This document shows, piece after piece, positions 17,085 through 26,605 of a stretch of 64,000 nt of DNA. Position numbers and translations under genes: made by a program. This stretch comes from a virus. Position 1 is the stretch's first letter. The number at the start of each line of letters is the position of its first letter. The stretch covers positions 1 through 64,000 of the IMG/VR virus record IMGVR_UViG_3300011113_000747. One strand, 5' to 3'. The notes beneath the pieces were generated by a model. It searched no databases. It had not been told where the DNA came from and was given only the letters and a program-made list of their open reading frames with translations.

Positions 17085-17690
17085 ATGTTTGAAACTATAG
17101 ACCCAGATTTAAGAACCTCTATTATTGGCTTTGTATCGGGATTGCTAGGCACATTAGTAATTTTCATTAAAAAGATTTTAGATAAAGTAGCAGATAGATT
17201 ATTTGAACCTAAAGATAAAGTACTTGAAGTGCTTAATTTAGGTAAACTAATTAAAGATAGCTTAGAAAGCTTAAGAGTGGAATGGGGTGCAGATAGAGCA
17301 TCCATTGTACAATTTCATAATGGTGGTTATTTTTCTAATGGTGAGTCTATGCAAAAGCTTACTATTACCCATGAAGAAATTGGACCAGGTGTTAACCCTC
17401 TCTGCAATATCATCAAAAACATACCACTTACTAACGCTCTTTGGGTGGGTAATTTAATACAAGGTGAGTGTATAGCTAAAGTAGATAACATTCAAGATGT
17501 TATATCAAGAACATTCTTAGAAGAATTTGGTGTTAAATCTATTATTGGCTGCCCCCTTAAAAAGAATGATAAAGTTATCGGAATGGTAATGCTTCATTGG
17601 ACAAACCATAACGCTAATTTTGATGACGAATCTTATAAAAAATTAACTGAACAGTGCAAAAGTATTCCTGTCTTGTTAAACAAAATTTGA
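17085..17690 (+). CDS. N-terminal TM plus GAF-like domain protein, holin T-like architecture
   Basis: One hydrophobic helix, then ADRASIVQFHNGG...SIIGCPL GAF pattern; late promoter. Confidence 0.6.
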   Translation: MFETIDPDLRTSIIGFVSGLLGTLVIFIKKILDKVADRLFEPKDKVLEVLNLGKLIKDSLESLRVEWGADRASIVQFHNGGYFSNGESMQKLTITHEEIGPGVNPLCNIIKNIPLTNALWVGNLIQGECIAKVDNIQDVISRTFLEEFGVKSIIGCPLKKNDKVIGMVMLHWTNHNANFDDESYKKLTEQCKSIPVLLNKI

Positions 17691-17705
17691 GGTTTAAATA
17701 CTTAC

Positions 17706-18335
17706 ATGAAACATCCTATCTGGTTAAGCAATGGTGAAGAAGAACAGCCTTTAGAACAGATTATTCGAATAGAAGCGCCCGCTGATGATTCTAGTTTATC
17801 TCATATAAAGAGCACTGATAATACCATTTCATTTTACGGTGCGGTAGATATTATCACTTCTGGTGAAATTAATCGACTATTAACTGAGGTTGATATTAGA
17901 TTGCAGAATACAAAAAATATTCTTGGTGCTGATTACAACCCGACCATCCATCTTAAAATTAGATCAGATGGTGGTGGTCTCTTCGAAGGTCTTGCGATCT
18001 TAGATAGAATTCGCACTCTCAAGAGTAATTTACATACATACGTCGAAGGTGGTGCAGCAAGTGCAGCAACTCTTATTTCTATTGCTGGTAAAAAGAGATA
18101 CATTGGTAAAAATTCTCTTATGTTAATTCATCAGTTATCAGCTGGTAATTATGGTAACTTTCAACAACTTGAAGATCATCAAGAGAATTACCGTAGACTC
18201 ATGAACATTATAAAGGGTGTATACAAGCAGTATACTAAGTTGCCCATGAAGACTCTTGAAGAGATACTAAAGAGAGATCTTTGGTTAACTGCAGAAGAAT
18301 GTTTGAAATATGGTATGGTAGATGAAATCATTTAG
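17706..18335 (+). CDS. clpP: ClpP-family serine protease
   Basis: AASAATLIS, LIHQ, DLWLTAEECLKYGMVDEI motifs. Confidence 0.88.
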   Translation: MKHPIWLSNGEEEQPLEQIIRIEAPADDSSLSHIKSTDNTISFYGAVDIITSGEINRLLTEVDIRLQNTKNILGADYNPTIHLKIRSDGGGLFEGLAILDRIRTLKSNLHTYVEGGAASAATLISIAGKKRYIGKNSLMLIHQLSAGNYGNFQQLEDHQENYRRLMNIIKGVYKQYTKLPMKTLEEILKRDLWLTAEECLKYGMVDEII

Positions 18336-18370
18336 TTGATTTCATAGCGACTTAGACCATAATAATTATT

Positions 18371-19321
18371 ATGGATAAGAAGCTCTACTACGACGACGTT
18401 GCATTAGTTCCTGGATTCTCTAAATTTAAATCTAGATCTGAAATTGACGTTGGATGCTATATTGATGGAACAAAGTTCAGGCTTCCGGTTATTCCTGCTA
18501 ATATGAAATGCGTTATCGATGAAAAGATAGCGCATTTTCTGTCTAGTAATTTATACTTTTATATTATGCATCGATTTAATATCGATAACTATAAATTTGT
18601 CAAACATGCAAACGTAAATAGTTGGAGAGTTGTATCTATTTCTGTAGGTGTAAAAGATAAAGATAAAGATGAATTGCTAAAAATTCATAATGATAATCTT
18701 ATCGTAAATTTTATTACTATTGATATTGCTCATGGTCATAGCCAGTCAATGAAAGAAATGATTCAATATGTTAGATCATTATTTCCACTTGTAACTATTA
18801 TTGCTGGTAATGTTTGTACTAAATATGGTTATCATGATCTAGTGTATTGGGGAGCAGATGTTGTTAAGGTTGGTGTAGGACCTGGAGCTGCATGTACAAC
18901 TAAGTTAAAAACAGGATTTACTTATCCAATGTTTAGTTGTATTAAAGAAATCGCAGATTATAAAGATGAGCTTAAACTTATTGCTCCTATTATTGCAGAT
19001 GGTGGTATCTCTCATAATGGAGATATTGCTAAGGCTTTAGTTGCTGGAGCTGATTATGTAATGTGTGGTAAGCTCTTTAGTGAGTGTATTGACTCACCAG
19101 CACCATATATTAATGGAAAGAAGCTCTATTACGGCTCTGCATCAGAACATAATAAAGGTCATTCGAATAACATTGAAGGAAAATTAATTCAGGTAGAACA
19201 GAATGGAATGACATTTGAGCAGAAGCTTGGGGAAATTACTCAAGACTTGCAAAGTTCTGTTTCTTACTCCGGTTGTGATGGTATTTCTAATCTATGGATG
19301 ACACCATGGGTTAGAATTTAA
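18371..19321 (+). CDS. guaC: GMP reductase
   Basis: PVIPANM, IDIAHGHS, KVGVGPGAACTT, IIADGG. Confidence 0.9.
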   Translation: MDKKLYYDDVALVPGFSKFKSRSEIDVGCYIDGTKFRLPVIPANMKCVIDEKIAHFLSSNLYFYIMHRFNIDNYKFVKHANVNSWRVVSISVGVKDKDKDELLKIHNDNLIVNFITIDIAHGHSQSMKEMIQYVRSLFPLVTIIAGNVCTKYGYHDLVYWGADVVKVGVGPGAACTTKLKTGFTYPMFSCIKEIADYKDELKLIAPIIADGGISHNGDIAKALVAGADYVMCGKLFSECIDSPAPYINGKKLYYGSASEHNKGHSNNIEGKLIQVEQNGMTFEQKLGEITQDLQSSVSYSGCDGISNLWMTPWVRI

Positions 19322-20584
19322 TTACTTACCTGTAATTGAAAACCCTTTACTCAATCCTGGAAAATTAAAAAGCCCAATTAAAAAAGTTTTTAGAAACGAG
19401 CTCGTTTTTTTATACTTTGGACCATCTTCTAACTGACTAGCAGCTGCTGGTTTATTATCATTTGTTATCTGAGCTTTATTTCTAAGTACTTCATTGACAC
19501 TTACGTTATTATCACTTTCTAACAATGTAAGTGGTAAGTTAGGAAATTCATGACCATGTGGTAATAGTTCTACAGCTTTATTGTTAGGACCTTGATTACC
19601 TAAATAAATTTTTATAGGAGCTATTTTAACAGATGGTAACGGTATTAATGTAACCCCTGTACCATCGACAAAGTCAGCAACATATGGGTATTGAGTTATA
19701 CCACCACCAACAGGAGTAAGAGGATCTTCAGCACCAAGTTTTTTAATAGCTGAGGTTGTAGCAGTACTACCTAAAAGACTAGCTGAAGGACCCCCGATAA
19801 CCGCAATACCAGAAATCCAAGATCCAAATTTTAGTACCCCTTCAGCACCCTCTTTTGTAAATCCAATTATGGTTTGTTGAATTTCTCTTGGTGCTGTTAT
19901 ATGGTTAATGAAGGTTTCACCTTCTGTATACATACCACCACGTACTACTATATTATTTTTTACACCAAGTGTACCATCCACAACTACCTGTCTCGCACTT
20001 TTTAAATTGAGAGTATCACCCACAATACTTACATTACTATTACCACTGATGGTTACATCTTCACCTAATACGACAGTTTGTGCACCAGAAACCTTTGTAG
20101 TTGTTTCACCAATTAACGATGCACTACCTGATGATACTAAATGTGCACCACCACCACCCGTTTTAACAGAAAATCTATTACCAACGTCGATATTATAATT
20201 ACCACATGGAAACATACTGTGGTTATCTACTTCTTGTATAGTTGGTGATCCTTTATCAATTACAAGTGTACCTTTACTTGATACTGCTATAGCAGCTGGT
20301 ATTTTTCTACCAACTGGGTCAATTCTACCTTGTGGTGTTAGATTAGTAGCAGCTCCTACAACTACGTGCATATTCTTAATAATATTTTGCACATAATTAC
20401 CACCATCACCTAAATCCTTTTCTATTTCATTTAAAGTTTCTTGTGTTTGTTTTACAAGATCAGACATACCGTTTCTTGTATCATTAATTGGTGCAGTTGC
20501 ACCTTCAGTGATAGGTGGGTTATCAGATACTAAATCTTTTATGTTTGGAGCATTTATTTTAAGATCTTTTGCTTTGATTGCCAT
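19322..20584 (-). CDS. Baseplate hub/spike-associated beta-helix protein (gp5 C-terminal-like)
   Basis: Gly/Val-rich short beta repeats; located next to gp5-OB gene. Confidence 0.5.
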   Translation of the reverse strand: MAIKAKDLKINAPNIKDLVSDNPPITEGATAPINDTRNGMSDLVKQTQETLNEIEKDLGDGGNYVQNIIKNMHVVVGAATNLTPQGRIDPVGRKIPAAIAVSSKGTLVIDKGSPTIQEVDNHSMFPCGNYNIDVGNRFSVKTGGGGAHLVSSGSASLIGETTTKVSGAQTVVLGEDVTISGNSNVSIVGDTLNLKSARQVVVDGTLGVKNNIVVRGGMYTEGETFINHITAPREIQQTIIGFTKEGAEGVLKFGSWISGIAVIGGPSASLLGSTATTSAIKKLGAEDPLTPVGGGITQYPYVADFVDGTGVTLIPLPSVKIAPIKIYLGNQGPNNKAVELLPHGHEFPNLPLTLLESDNNVSVNEVLRNKAQITNDNKPAAASQLEDGPKYKKTSSFLKTFLIGLFNFPGLSKGFSITGK

Positions 20585-20618
20585 AGCTCTATTTAATTAT
20601 AAAATTATACATAACCAC

Positions 20619-21338
20619 TTATTTTAATTTTGTTGGTTGTGGTGTAGGATTTTGAATTTGTGGTATTGTAACACCCTTTACAGTTGTAGTAAGGGTATCG
20701 GTTACAGCTGATGCAGTAGACTTAACAATATCTCCAACAGCACCACCTACAATTTTAGTTATATCATTTACAACTGTTCCAGTGTTACCAATTGTACCTT
20801 GAATAGCACCATCGGTAAAATTTGAAAGTTTAACCACACCCGCTACCAACTGCGCGTTACCTGCTTCAACCAATCTATTAATATTACCTGTAACATTGTT
20901 AACTTGATTAACAACATTTGTAAGTCCTGTATTTACCTGGCCAATAACACCTTCTGTTTGCGATCTAACATCACTTGCTAACTCACCCAATGCATTGGTA
21001 ACAGCATACGTTGCAACATTTTTAGCTAAGTTTGTAACTATATTTTGAATACTAAATGCAATTTTAAGTGTTACATTATTTAAAATTTCACCAGATAAAA
21101 TTCTTTGTTGTAAGTTTTGAATACCAGCAGCGGGAGCATAAACAATCGTATCGACAGCACCTTGAATGGTATTTAAAGTGTTAATGGTTGATTGAATTGA
21201 TGACGCAATTGGTTGTGATATACCAGTTGCAAGTGTACAAAAAGGACCAACATCTTTTGTCGTTACAGAAGCTGGATTAATAGCTTGTGTAACAGTATTG
21301 GTATCTGATTTTTTTTCTGGTATATAAGGACTACTCAT
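20619..21338 (-). CDS. Virion structural protein (baseplate region)
   Basis: T/V/N/Q-rich ORF in baseplate cluster. Confidence 0.5.
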   Translation of the reverse strand: MSSPYIPEKKSDTNTVTQAINPASVTTKDVGPFCTLATGISQPIASSIQSTINTLNTIQGAVDTIVYAPAAGIQNLQQRILSGEILNNVTLKIAFSIQNIVTNLAKNVATYAVTNALGELASDVRSQTEGVIGQVNTGLTNVVNQVNNVTGNINRLVEAGNAQLVAGVVKLSNFTDGAIQGTIGNTGTVVNDITKIVGGAVGDIVKSTASAVTDTLTTTVKGVTIPQIQNPTPQPTKLK

Positions 21339-21339
21339 C

Positions 21340-21747
21340 TTATGCTATATTATTAATATCTATACCTGGTAAAATTGGATATGTTGGTATTTTAAGTTCT
21401 GGTGTAAGATTTGCAGCAGCTATTTTTGCAAATTCATCTGCCCAGCGTTGATAAGCATTTGTTTGCATTGCAATTGTTGGGCCTATTATTTCATAATAAT
21501 CCCCACCATCAACTCTCACTTCTCTATCACCTTTTACATATATATTATCATCACCCTTCACAGTAATGAAACGATCCATTGTCGTAGTAAGTCTATATGT
21601 ATTTGGTGTAAATTCACTTATACCACTAGAGTCAGTAACTTTTGAATTACCATGAAAGTCACCTGTTGCGACGTACTCATTACCTGTAACGTTTGAAACT
21701 ACTTTCTGTTCTGCTTTTGATATTGTAACTGAACCACTCTGCTGCAT
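21340..21747 (-). CDS. gp5-like beta-helix fragment
   Basis: ITVKGDDNIYVKGDREVRVDGG repeats; own TAAATA late promoter. Confidence 0.55.
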   Translation of the reverse strand: MQQSGSVTISKAEQKVVSNVTGNEYVATGDFHGNSKVTDSSGISEFTPNTYRLTTTMDRFITVKGDDNIYVKGDREVRVDGGDYYEIIGPTIAMQTNAYQRWADEFAKIAAANLTPELKIPTYPILPGIDINNIA

Positions 21748-21751
21748 AAAA

Positions 21752-22402
21752 TTATTTAGTTGAGGTTTGCGAATCGGGGTTGTTTAATCCTGTTGCTTTC
21801 ATCACACTACTAAAATCATAAATGTCTGGTAATGCACCAATATACACTGGAAAATTAATATTACCTTCAAAAAATGTTACTAACAGTGATGCACCAACTC
21901 TAGGTACAGTAAAATTACCTTTAGGTAAATTACTTAGCGCAGGAGCTCTACTATATGCGTTAACATCACCCTTTCTTACCATAAATTGTGAAGGGTTAGC
22001 GTAAGGCGACGCTGTATTTAAAATACCAGCTGCAGTTGAAAAACTTTGAGCAGGATTTGGTACTGCATCTAAAGATATACAGTCAGCTTCAGTAACACTA
22101 GCAACACCCTGTTCCGCATCATAGAAACCACTGCCTGTATCACCTGTCACGGGTGTGCAAGGTACACACCACGGGCAAAAAGTCTTTAACTGGTCTACAA
22201 CATCCTTGGTAAGAGCTGTTTGAATATTATTACCAACAAATCTAAAAGAATAATTAGTACTACCTTTAAAAAGAGATTCAAGCTGTGTAACATGCACGGC
22301 AGGTATAAACACTTGCACTCTACCACTCATTGGGTAGAGTGTATCATAGTTATCTATTACGATAGCTTTATAAACAGAAAAATCTTGCGTAAAATTAAAC
22401 AT
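21752..22402 (-). CDS. gp5/VgrG N-terminal OB-fold baseplate hub protein
   Basis: GRVQVFIP...PWC...VPRVGASLLVTFFEGNINFPVYIG. Confidence 0.75.
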   Translation of the reverse strand: MFNFTQDFSVYKAIVIDNYDTLYPMSGRVQVFIPAVHVTQLESLFKGSTNYSFRFVGNNIQTALTKDVVDQLKTFCPWCVPCTPVTGDTGSGFYDAEQGVASVTEADCISLDAVPNPAQSFSTAAGILNTASPYANPSQFMVRKGDVNAYSRAPALSNLPKGNFTVPRVGASLLVTFFEGNINFPVYIGALPDIYDFSSVMKATGLNNPDSQTSTK

Positions 22403-23049
22403 TATCTAAAAGTAACATTGTTAAAGTTATTAATATCGTTGAGTTGAAGTGCTAGCTTATTAACTCTATTATTTTCTGCTCTCAAATAACTATCAGCAAT
22501 ACCAGGAACATTTATTTCATTTAAAAGCTTTTGTGATTTAACTCCAAGTGATTCTATAGATTCAATATTTGGGTTATTTAAATCTTTAAAAATTTCTGAG
22601 TCTACAATATTACGTTGTAAACCTCTAGCATATCTATTGTAAATTTTAAACCTAATACAAGCTCCAATTTGCGCTGCAATAAAATTACACCTTTCATCAT
22701 TTGCGTTAATATTAAAAAAATCTTTACCAATTTGTGAAATTTCACTAGCTAAATCTGTTACTAGTTGTTCAACACCACAAACTGTTTTAGCTAATCCTTC
22801 TACTTGGTTTTTAATGGTGGTTAATCTATTAGTTGTATTACCTATTACAGTTTGAAACTGCTGAGAAATATTTCTTGCAATTAATATTAAATTTTGCTTA
22901 AACTTTTCAGCTACAACTGCTGTAAATTCTCCAACAATATTTGCAGTTAGTAGTTTGTTTACAATTTGTGGTAAACATACAACATTTTGGATTACGTTAG
23001 ATGCGTAATTTTTGATATTTGTTACATTTTGTAAAAACTGCAATGCCAT
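22402..23049 (-). CDS. Hypothetical late protein (baseplate region)
   Basis: TAAATA upstream; coupled ORF. Confidence 0.6.
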   Translation of the reverse strand: MALQFLQNVTNIKNYASNVIQNVVCLPQIVNKLLTANIVGEFTAVVAEKFKQNLILIARNISQQFQTVIGNTTNRLTTIKNQVEGLAKTVCGVEQLVTDLASEISQIGKDFFNINANDERCNFIAAQIGACIRFKIYNRYARGLQRNIVDSEIFKDLNNPNIESIESLGVKSQKLLNEINVPGIADSYLRAENNRVNKLALQLNDINNFNNVTFR

Positions 23050-23087
23050 AAAATTATTTAGTTGAATTTCTTCATATCAAAACTATA

Positions 23088-23900
23088 ATGAAATATATGT
23101 TAGTATCACACGAATCACCAATATCAATGTTACCGTTATCTATCGGATATAACGACTATGACTATGCTTTGGTTCATCTTTTTGAACAGTATCCGGAATA
23201 TTATCAGTTTTTCAAAAATAGTTTGCAGAGTGGTAGGGAAGTTTTACTTGATAACTCTATTTTCGAACTTGGAGTAGCTTTCGATTCAAATAAATTTTAT
23301 GATTATATTGTAGATCTGAAGCCTTCTTATTATGTTGTACCTGATGTGCTAGAAGATACAATTGGAACAGTTGAGTCATTTATCAGGTGGGATAAGGAAC
23401 ATGATCATAAACCGATAAGCCACATTCCACGTATTGGTGTGGTTCAAGGAAAGACCTTCACCGAGCTTGCTGATTGTTATGAGTTCATGTCCAAACATGC
23501 AGATTACATTGCAATCAGTTTTGACTATTCTTACTATCAGATTACAGGATTTGGGTCAAACAAGTTAGAAAAGCAGAGAAATGGACGTATCAAGCTATTA
23601 GAAGATCTGGTTAAATATGGCATTTGGAATAAAAATAAACCTCACCATCTTCTAGGGTGTTCATTACCGAATGAGTTTGGTCATTATATGTCTAATTATG
23701 TTTTTAATAACATTAGATCGATTGATACCTCAAATCCAGTTGTAGCTGGTATTCATAATATCAGGTATATGAAAGGTGTTGGTCTTATCGATAAACTTAG
23801 TATTAAACTTTGCGATCTTATCGATTATAAAGTTACAGAGACCAACAAAAAGAATATTCTTTTTAATACCAGTGAATTTAAACAGATTAACTCTCTATGA
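23088..23900 (+). CDS. TGT/DpdA-like transglycosylase-fold protein
   Basis: LDNS.FE, VPDV, IGVVQG, HLLG, SIDTS motifs; shares an operon with queF. Confidence 0.65.
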   Translation: MKYMLVSHESPISMLPLSIGYNDYDYALVHLFEQYPEYYQFFKNSLQSGREVLLDNSIFELGVAFDSNKFYDYIVDLKPSYYVVPDVLEDTIGTVESFIRWDKEHDHKPISHIPRIGVVQGKTFTELADCYEFMSKHADYIAISFDYSYYQITGFGSNKLEKQRNGRIKLLEDLVKYGIWNKNKPHHLLGCSLPNEFGHYMSNYVFNNIRSIDTSNPVVAGIHNIRYMKGVGLIDKLSIKLCDLIDYKVTETNKKNILFNTSEFKQINSL

Positions 23901-24442
23901 TTGTTCGATTAACAAAACAAGAATGTCTAGCTTTAGCAGAAACGCTTGATAGTAAGACTAAGTCCTATCTAGTTGATGACTGTATTGCAACATGGGATAG
24001 AAAAGATCTCTGGCATCAAGAACCTTTTGCATACATTGAAAATGATCAAATCATTAGTGTGATGTTTGCGAATATTGAAGAGTGTTCTAATGGTGAAGAA
24101 ATTCTCTATATTCAGAGAGTGTTTACATTACCTGAATATAGAAAGAAGGGATTCTTTAGAATGATCTTTAATGAGGTATATACACTCTATCATAAAAAAG
24201 GATGTAGATATTTAAAACTTTTCGTTGATGAAGATGCTTATAAAGCATACAAAGCAATGAAATTTATTATGAATGAAAAAACTGATAAAGGTTATTACTT
24301 TATTTTTGTACCGATGATTCATCAAGTACTTGAATATAATAACTTCATCAATTCACTCTCACCCAAACAATTCTTTTTAAGTCAATCTGCATATGATTTT
24401 TATCTGGATATGCAGAAAAAATACAATATAATTGAATTATGA
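23897..24442 (+). CDS. GNAT-family acetyltransferase
   Basis: RVFTLPEYRKKGFF acetyl-CoA motif A. Confidence 0.8.
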   Translation: MIVRLTKQECLALAETLDSKTKSYLVDDCIATWDRKDLWHQEPFAYIENDQIISVMFANIEECSNGEEILYIQRVFTLPEYRKKGFFRMIFNEVYTLYHKKGCRYLKLFVDEDAYKAYKAMKFIMNEKTDKGYYFIFVPMIHQVLEYNNFINSLSPKQFFLSQSAYDFYLDMQKKYNIIEL

Positions 24443-24999
24443 TTATTTCATTTACTGGTGCTCAATCCACAGGCAAGTCAACTCTTCTTAATAAATGTAT
24501 GGAAGAGTTTGGAGATAAGTTTGTTTACTTTCCGGAGATCACTCGTCAGATCAAAGCTGAATGTGGTGTTGCAATTAACGAAGCTGGTGATAGTATAACG
24601 CAAAATATTATTACTGCAGAGCATATTAAAAATATGCTTAAAGCTAGCAAGGGTAATACTATTCTTGATAGATGTATTCTTGATGGGCTTGTATATACAA
24701 TGTATTTGCATTTTGATAAAAAGCAGGTGGATGAATTTTCACTTGCATTTGCTATCAAGATTTTCGACAAGTTTATTGATAAAGTTGATGTAATCTTTTA
24801 TACAGACCCTAAAGATGTTCCGTTAGTTGATGATGGTGAACGTAGTATTAATGGTGAATTCAGAAACAGAATTATTGAAATCTTTGAATGGGTTATTAAA
24901 GAATACAAAGTAAAAAATATCGTCAAGCTCTCAGGTACTGTTGAAGAAAGAATGGATACAATCAGAAAAACATTGAAAAATAAAGGTATTAATCTATAA
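24439..24999 (+). CDS. P-loop nucleotide kinase/ATPase (AAA_28, dNMP-kinase-like)
   Basis: GAQSTGKS Walker A; LDRCILD. Confidence 0.8.
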   Translation: MIISFTGAQSTGKSTLLNKCMEEFGDKFVYFPEITRQIKAECGVAINEAGDSITQNIITAEHIKNMLKASKGNTILDRCILDGLVYTMYLHFDKKQVDEFSLAFAIKIFDKFIDKVDVIFYTDPKDVPLVDDGERSINGEFRNRIIEIFEWVIKEYKVKNIVKLSGTVEERMDTIRKTLKNKGINL

Positions 25000-25006
25000 T
25001 TATATT

Positions 25007-25921
25007 ATGCTAGAAAAACTCGATAATTCAAACATCAGCGTCCATCTTGGTAAGGCGTCTGAATACAAATCACAATACGATCCTGCTCTTCTTGTAAAAG
25101 AACCTCGTAGTAATAATCGTAAACATATTAATGTGTCTGATGATGACCTACCATTCGTTGGTTATGATACGTGGAATGCATATGAAGTGTCTGCATTGAC
25201 AAATAACGGATTACCTGTTACGGGTGTAGGTAAGATCGTTTACCCATCTGATAGTAAATACATTGTAGAATCAAAATCTCTTAAGCTCTACTTCAATTCA
25301 TTTAATATGTCTAAGCTCGGTGTCACACCTAGTGAAGTAAGAGAGAAAATTAAAGAGCTTGTTATTAAAGATCTTTCTGAACTACTTGAAACGACTGTAA
25401 TGGTTGAGATTTTTTCAGATAATGAAATTGTTATCAACAATGGTAAGCTTCTTGATGAATACTATGAAGGTTTTACAACTCTTGAAGAAGAGTATGAGCA
25501 TCAACTTACTGATGAGTTTACTGTTTATCAAGAGACTCCTGAACTGTTGAAATATACTGAAGGTGATACAGTTAAGAGAAAATATCATAGTGCTCTTCTT
25601 AAATCCAATTGCCGTGTGACTTCACAGCCAGACTGGGGAGATGTTTATATTACATATGAAGGTGATAGAGATGTCGACCCAGTCTCGCTTGTGAAATATA
25701 TTGTTTCATTCAGAGATGAATGTCATTTTCATGAGGAGATTTGTGAGACAATCTATGTAAGGTTGAATGAGATTCTCAAACCATCAAAACTTCATGTGAT
25801 GTGTTTATATGCTCGTCGTGGTGGTATTGATATCAATCCTCAAAGAGCAAGTGATGAATCTACATTACATTGGTCAGTGTGTAATACACATTTCAGTCAT
25901 ATCAAGACTCCAAAGCAGTAA
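25007..25921 (+). CDS. queF: NADPH-dependent preQ0 reductase, bimodular type
   Basis: DTWNAYE, VESKSLKLY, KSNCRVTSQPDWG, FHEEIC, YARRGGIDINP. Confidence 0.95.
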   Translation: MLEKLDNSNISVHLGKASEYKSQYDPALLVKEPRSNNRKHINVSDDDLPFVGYDTWNAYEVSALTNNGLPVTGVGKIVYPSDSKYIVESKSLKLYFNSFNMSKLGVTPSEVREKIKELVIKDLSELLETTVMVEIFSDNEIVINNGKLLDEYYEGFTTLEEEYEHQLTDEFTVYQETPELLKYTEGDTVKRKYHSALLKSNCRVTSQPDWGDVYITYEGDRDVDPVSLVKYIVSFRDECHFHEEICETIYVRLNEILKPSKLHVMCLYARRGGIDINPQRASDESTLHWSVCNTHFSHIKTPKQ

Positions 25922-25930
25922 ATAGATAAT

Positions 25931-25963
25931 AAAAAAGCCCGCTGAATTAATTCAGCGGGCTTT
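25931..25963. terminator. Bidirectional terminator
   Basis: A6-GCCCGCTGAA/TTCAGCGGGC-TTT between convergent genes. Confidence 0.8.
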
Positions 25964-25975
25964 CCTATATATGAA

Positions 25976-26512
25976 TTAGGCTTCGTAACCCTGACGAAGT
26001 CTTACTTGACGACCAACAGTGCGATACACAACATTTGATGATGTTAATCCACCAAATGTAGAAGTATAATCACCATCACTTGCTAAAATAACTAAAGGAT
26101 TATCAAGATTACTTGTACTCAATGCTAATGCTGAAGTACCTCTTGCTGAAATATCGATATTAGTTGTAACATAGTTGGGATCGTTAAACTTGATAGTAGC
26201 TGTAATAGTAGATGTACTAGCAGTAAATGTAGATGAATGAACTTTACCATAAACAACTACATTACCGAGATTAGAGCCTTGTGTTAATCTAATACCTGTT
26301 GCTGTAGCGCTAACCCCATTGAGAGATGAATTAGGTGTAAGGGTAAATGTAACAGAAAGATTACTTACAGTTGTGTTACCACTAAGAGGTGGTGCTACAA
26401 GAGTTGTGGCAGCTGAAAGGGATAAAGTACCATTAATAGCTGATGTAGCACCAGTACGTGTAACTGTTTGAACTGTACGATTGGAAAGGGGTAAAAGGTA
26501 TTCGTAAGGCAT
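25976..26512 (-). CDS. Ser/Thr-rich virion protein, possible head decoration (likely start 26512)
   Basis: CATAAATA upstream of ATG; directly downstream of gp23. Confidence 0.55.
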   Translation of the reverse strand: MPYEYLLPLSNRTVQTVTRTGATSAINGTLSLSAATTLVAPPLSGNTTVSNLSVTFTLTPNSSLNGVSATATGIRLTQGSNLGNVVVYGKVHSSTFTASTSTITATIKFNDPNYVTTNIDISARGTSALALSTSNLDNPLVILASDGDYTSTFGGLTSSNVVYRTVGRQVRLRQGYEA

Positions 26513-26605
26513 AATAATATTTATGCCTTTTAGTGTATTTTTTACAATAAAAAACCCTTGATGTAGCAATCCATCAAGGGTAGAAAAACTTTCGTTTTAG
26601 AAGTA

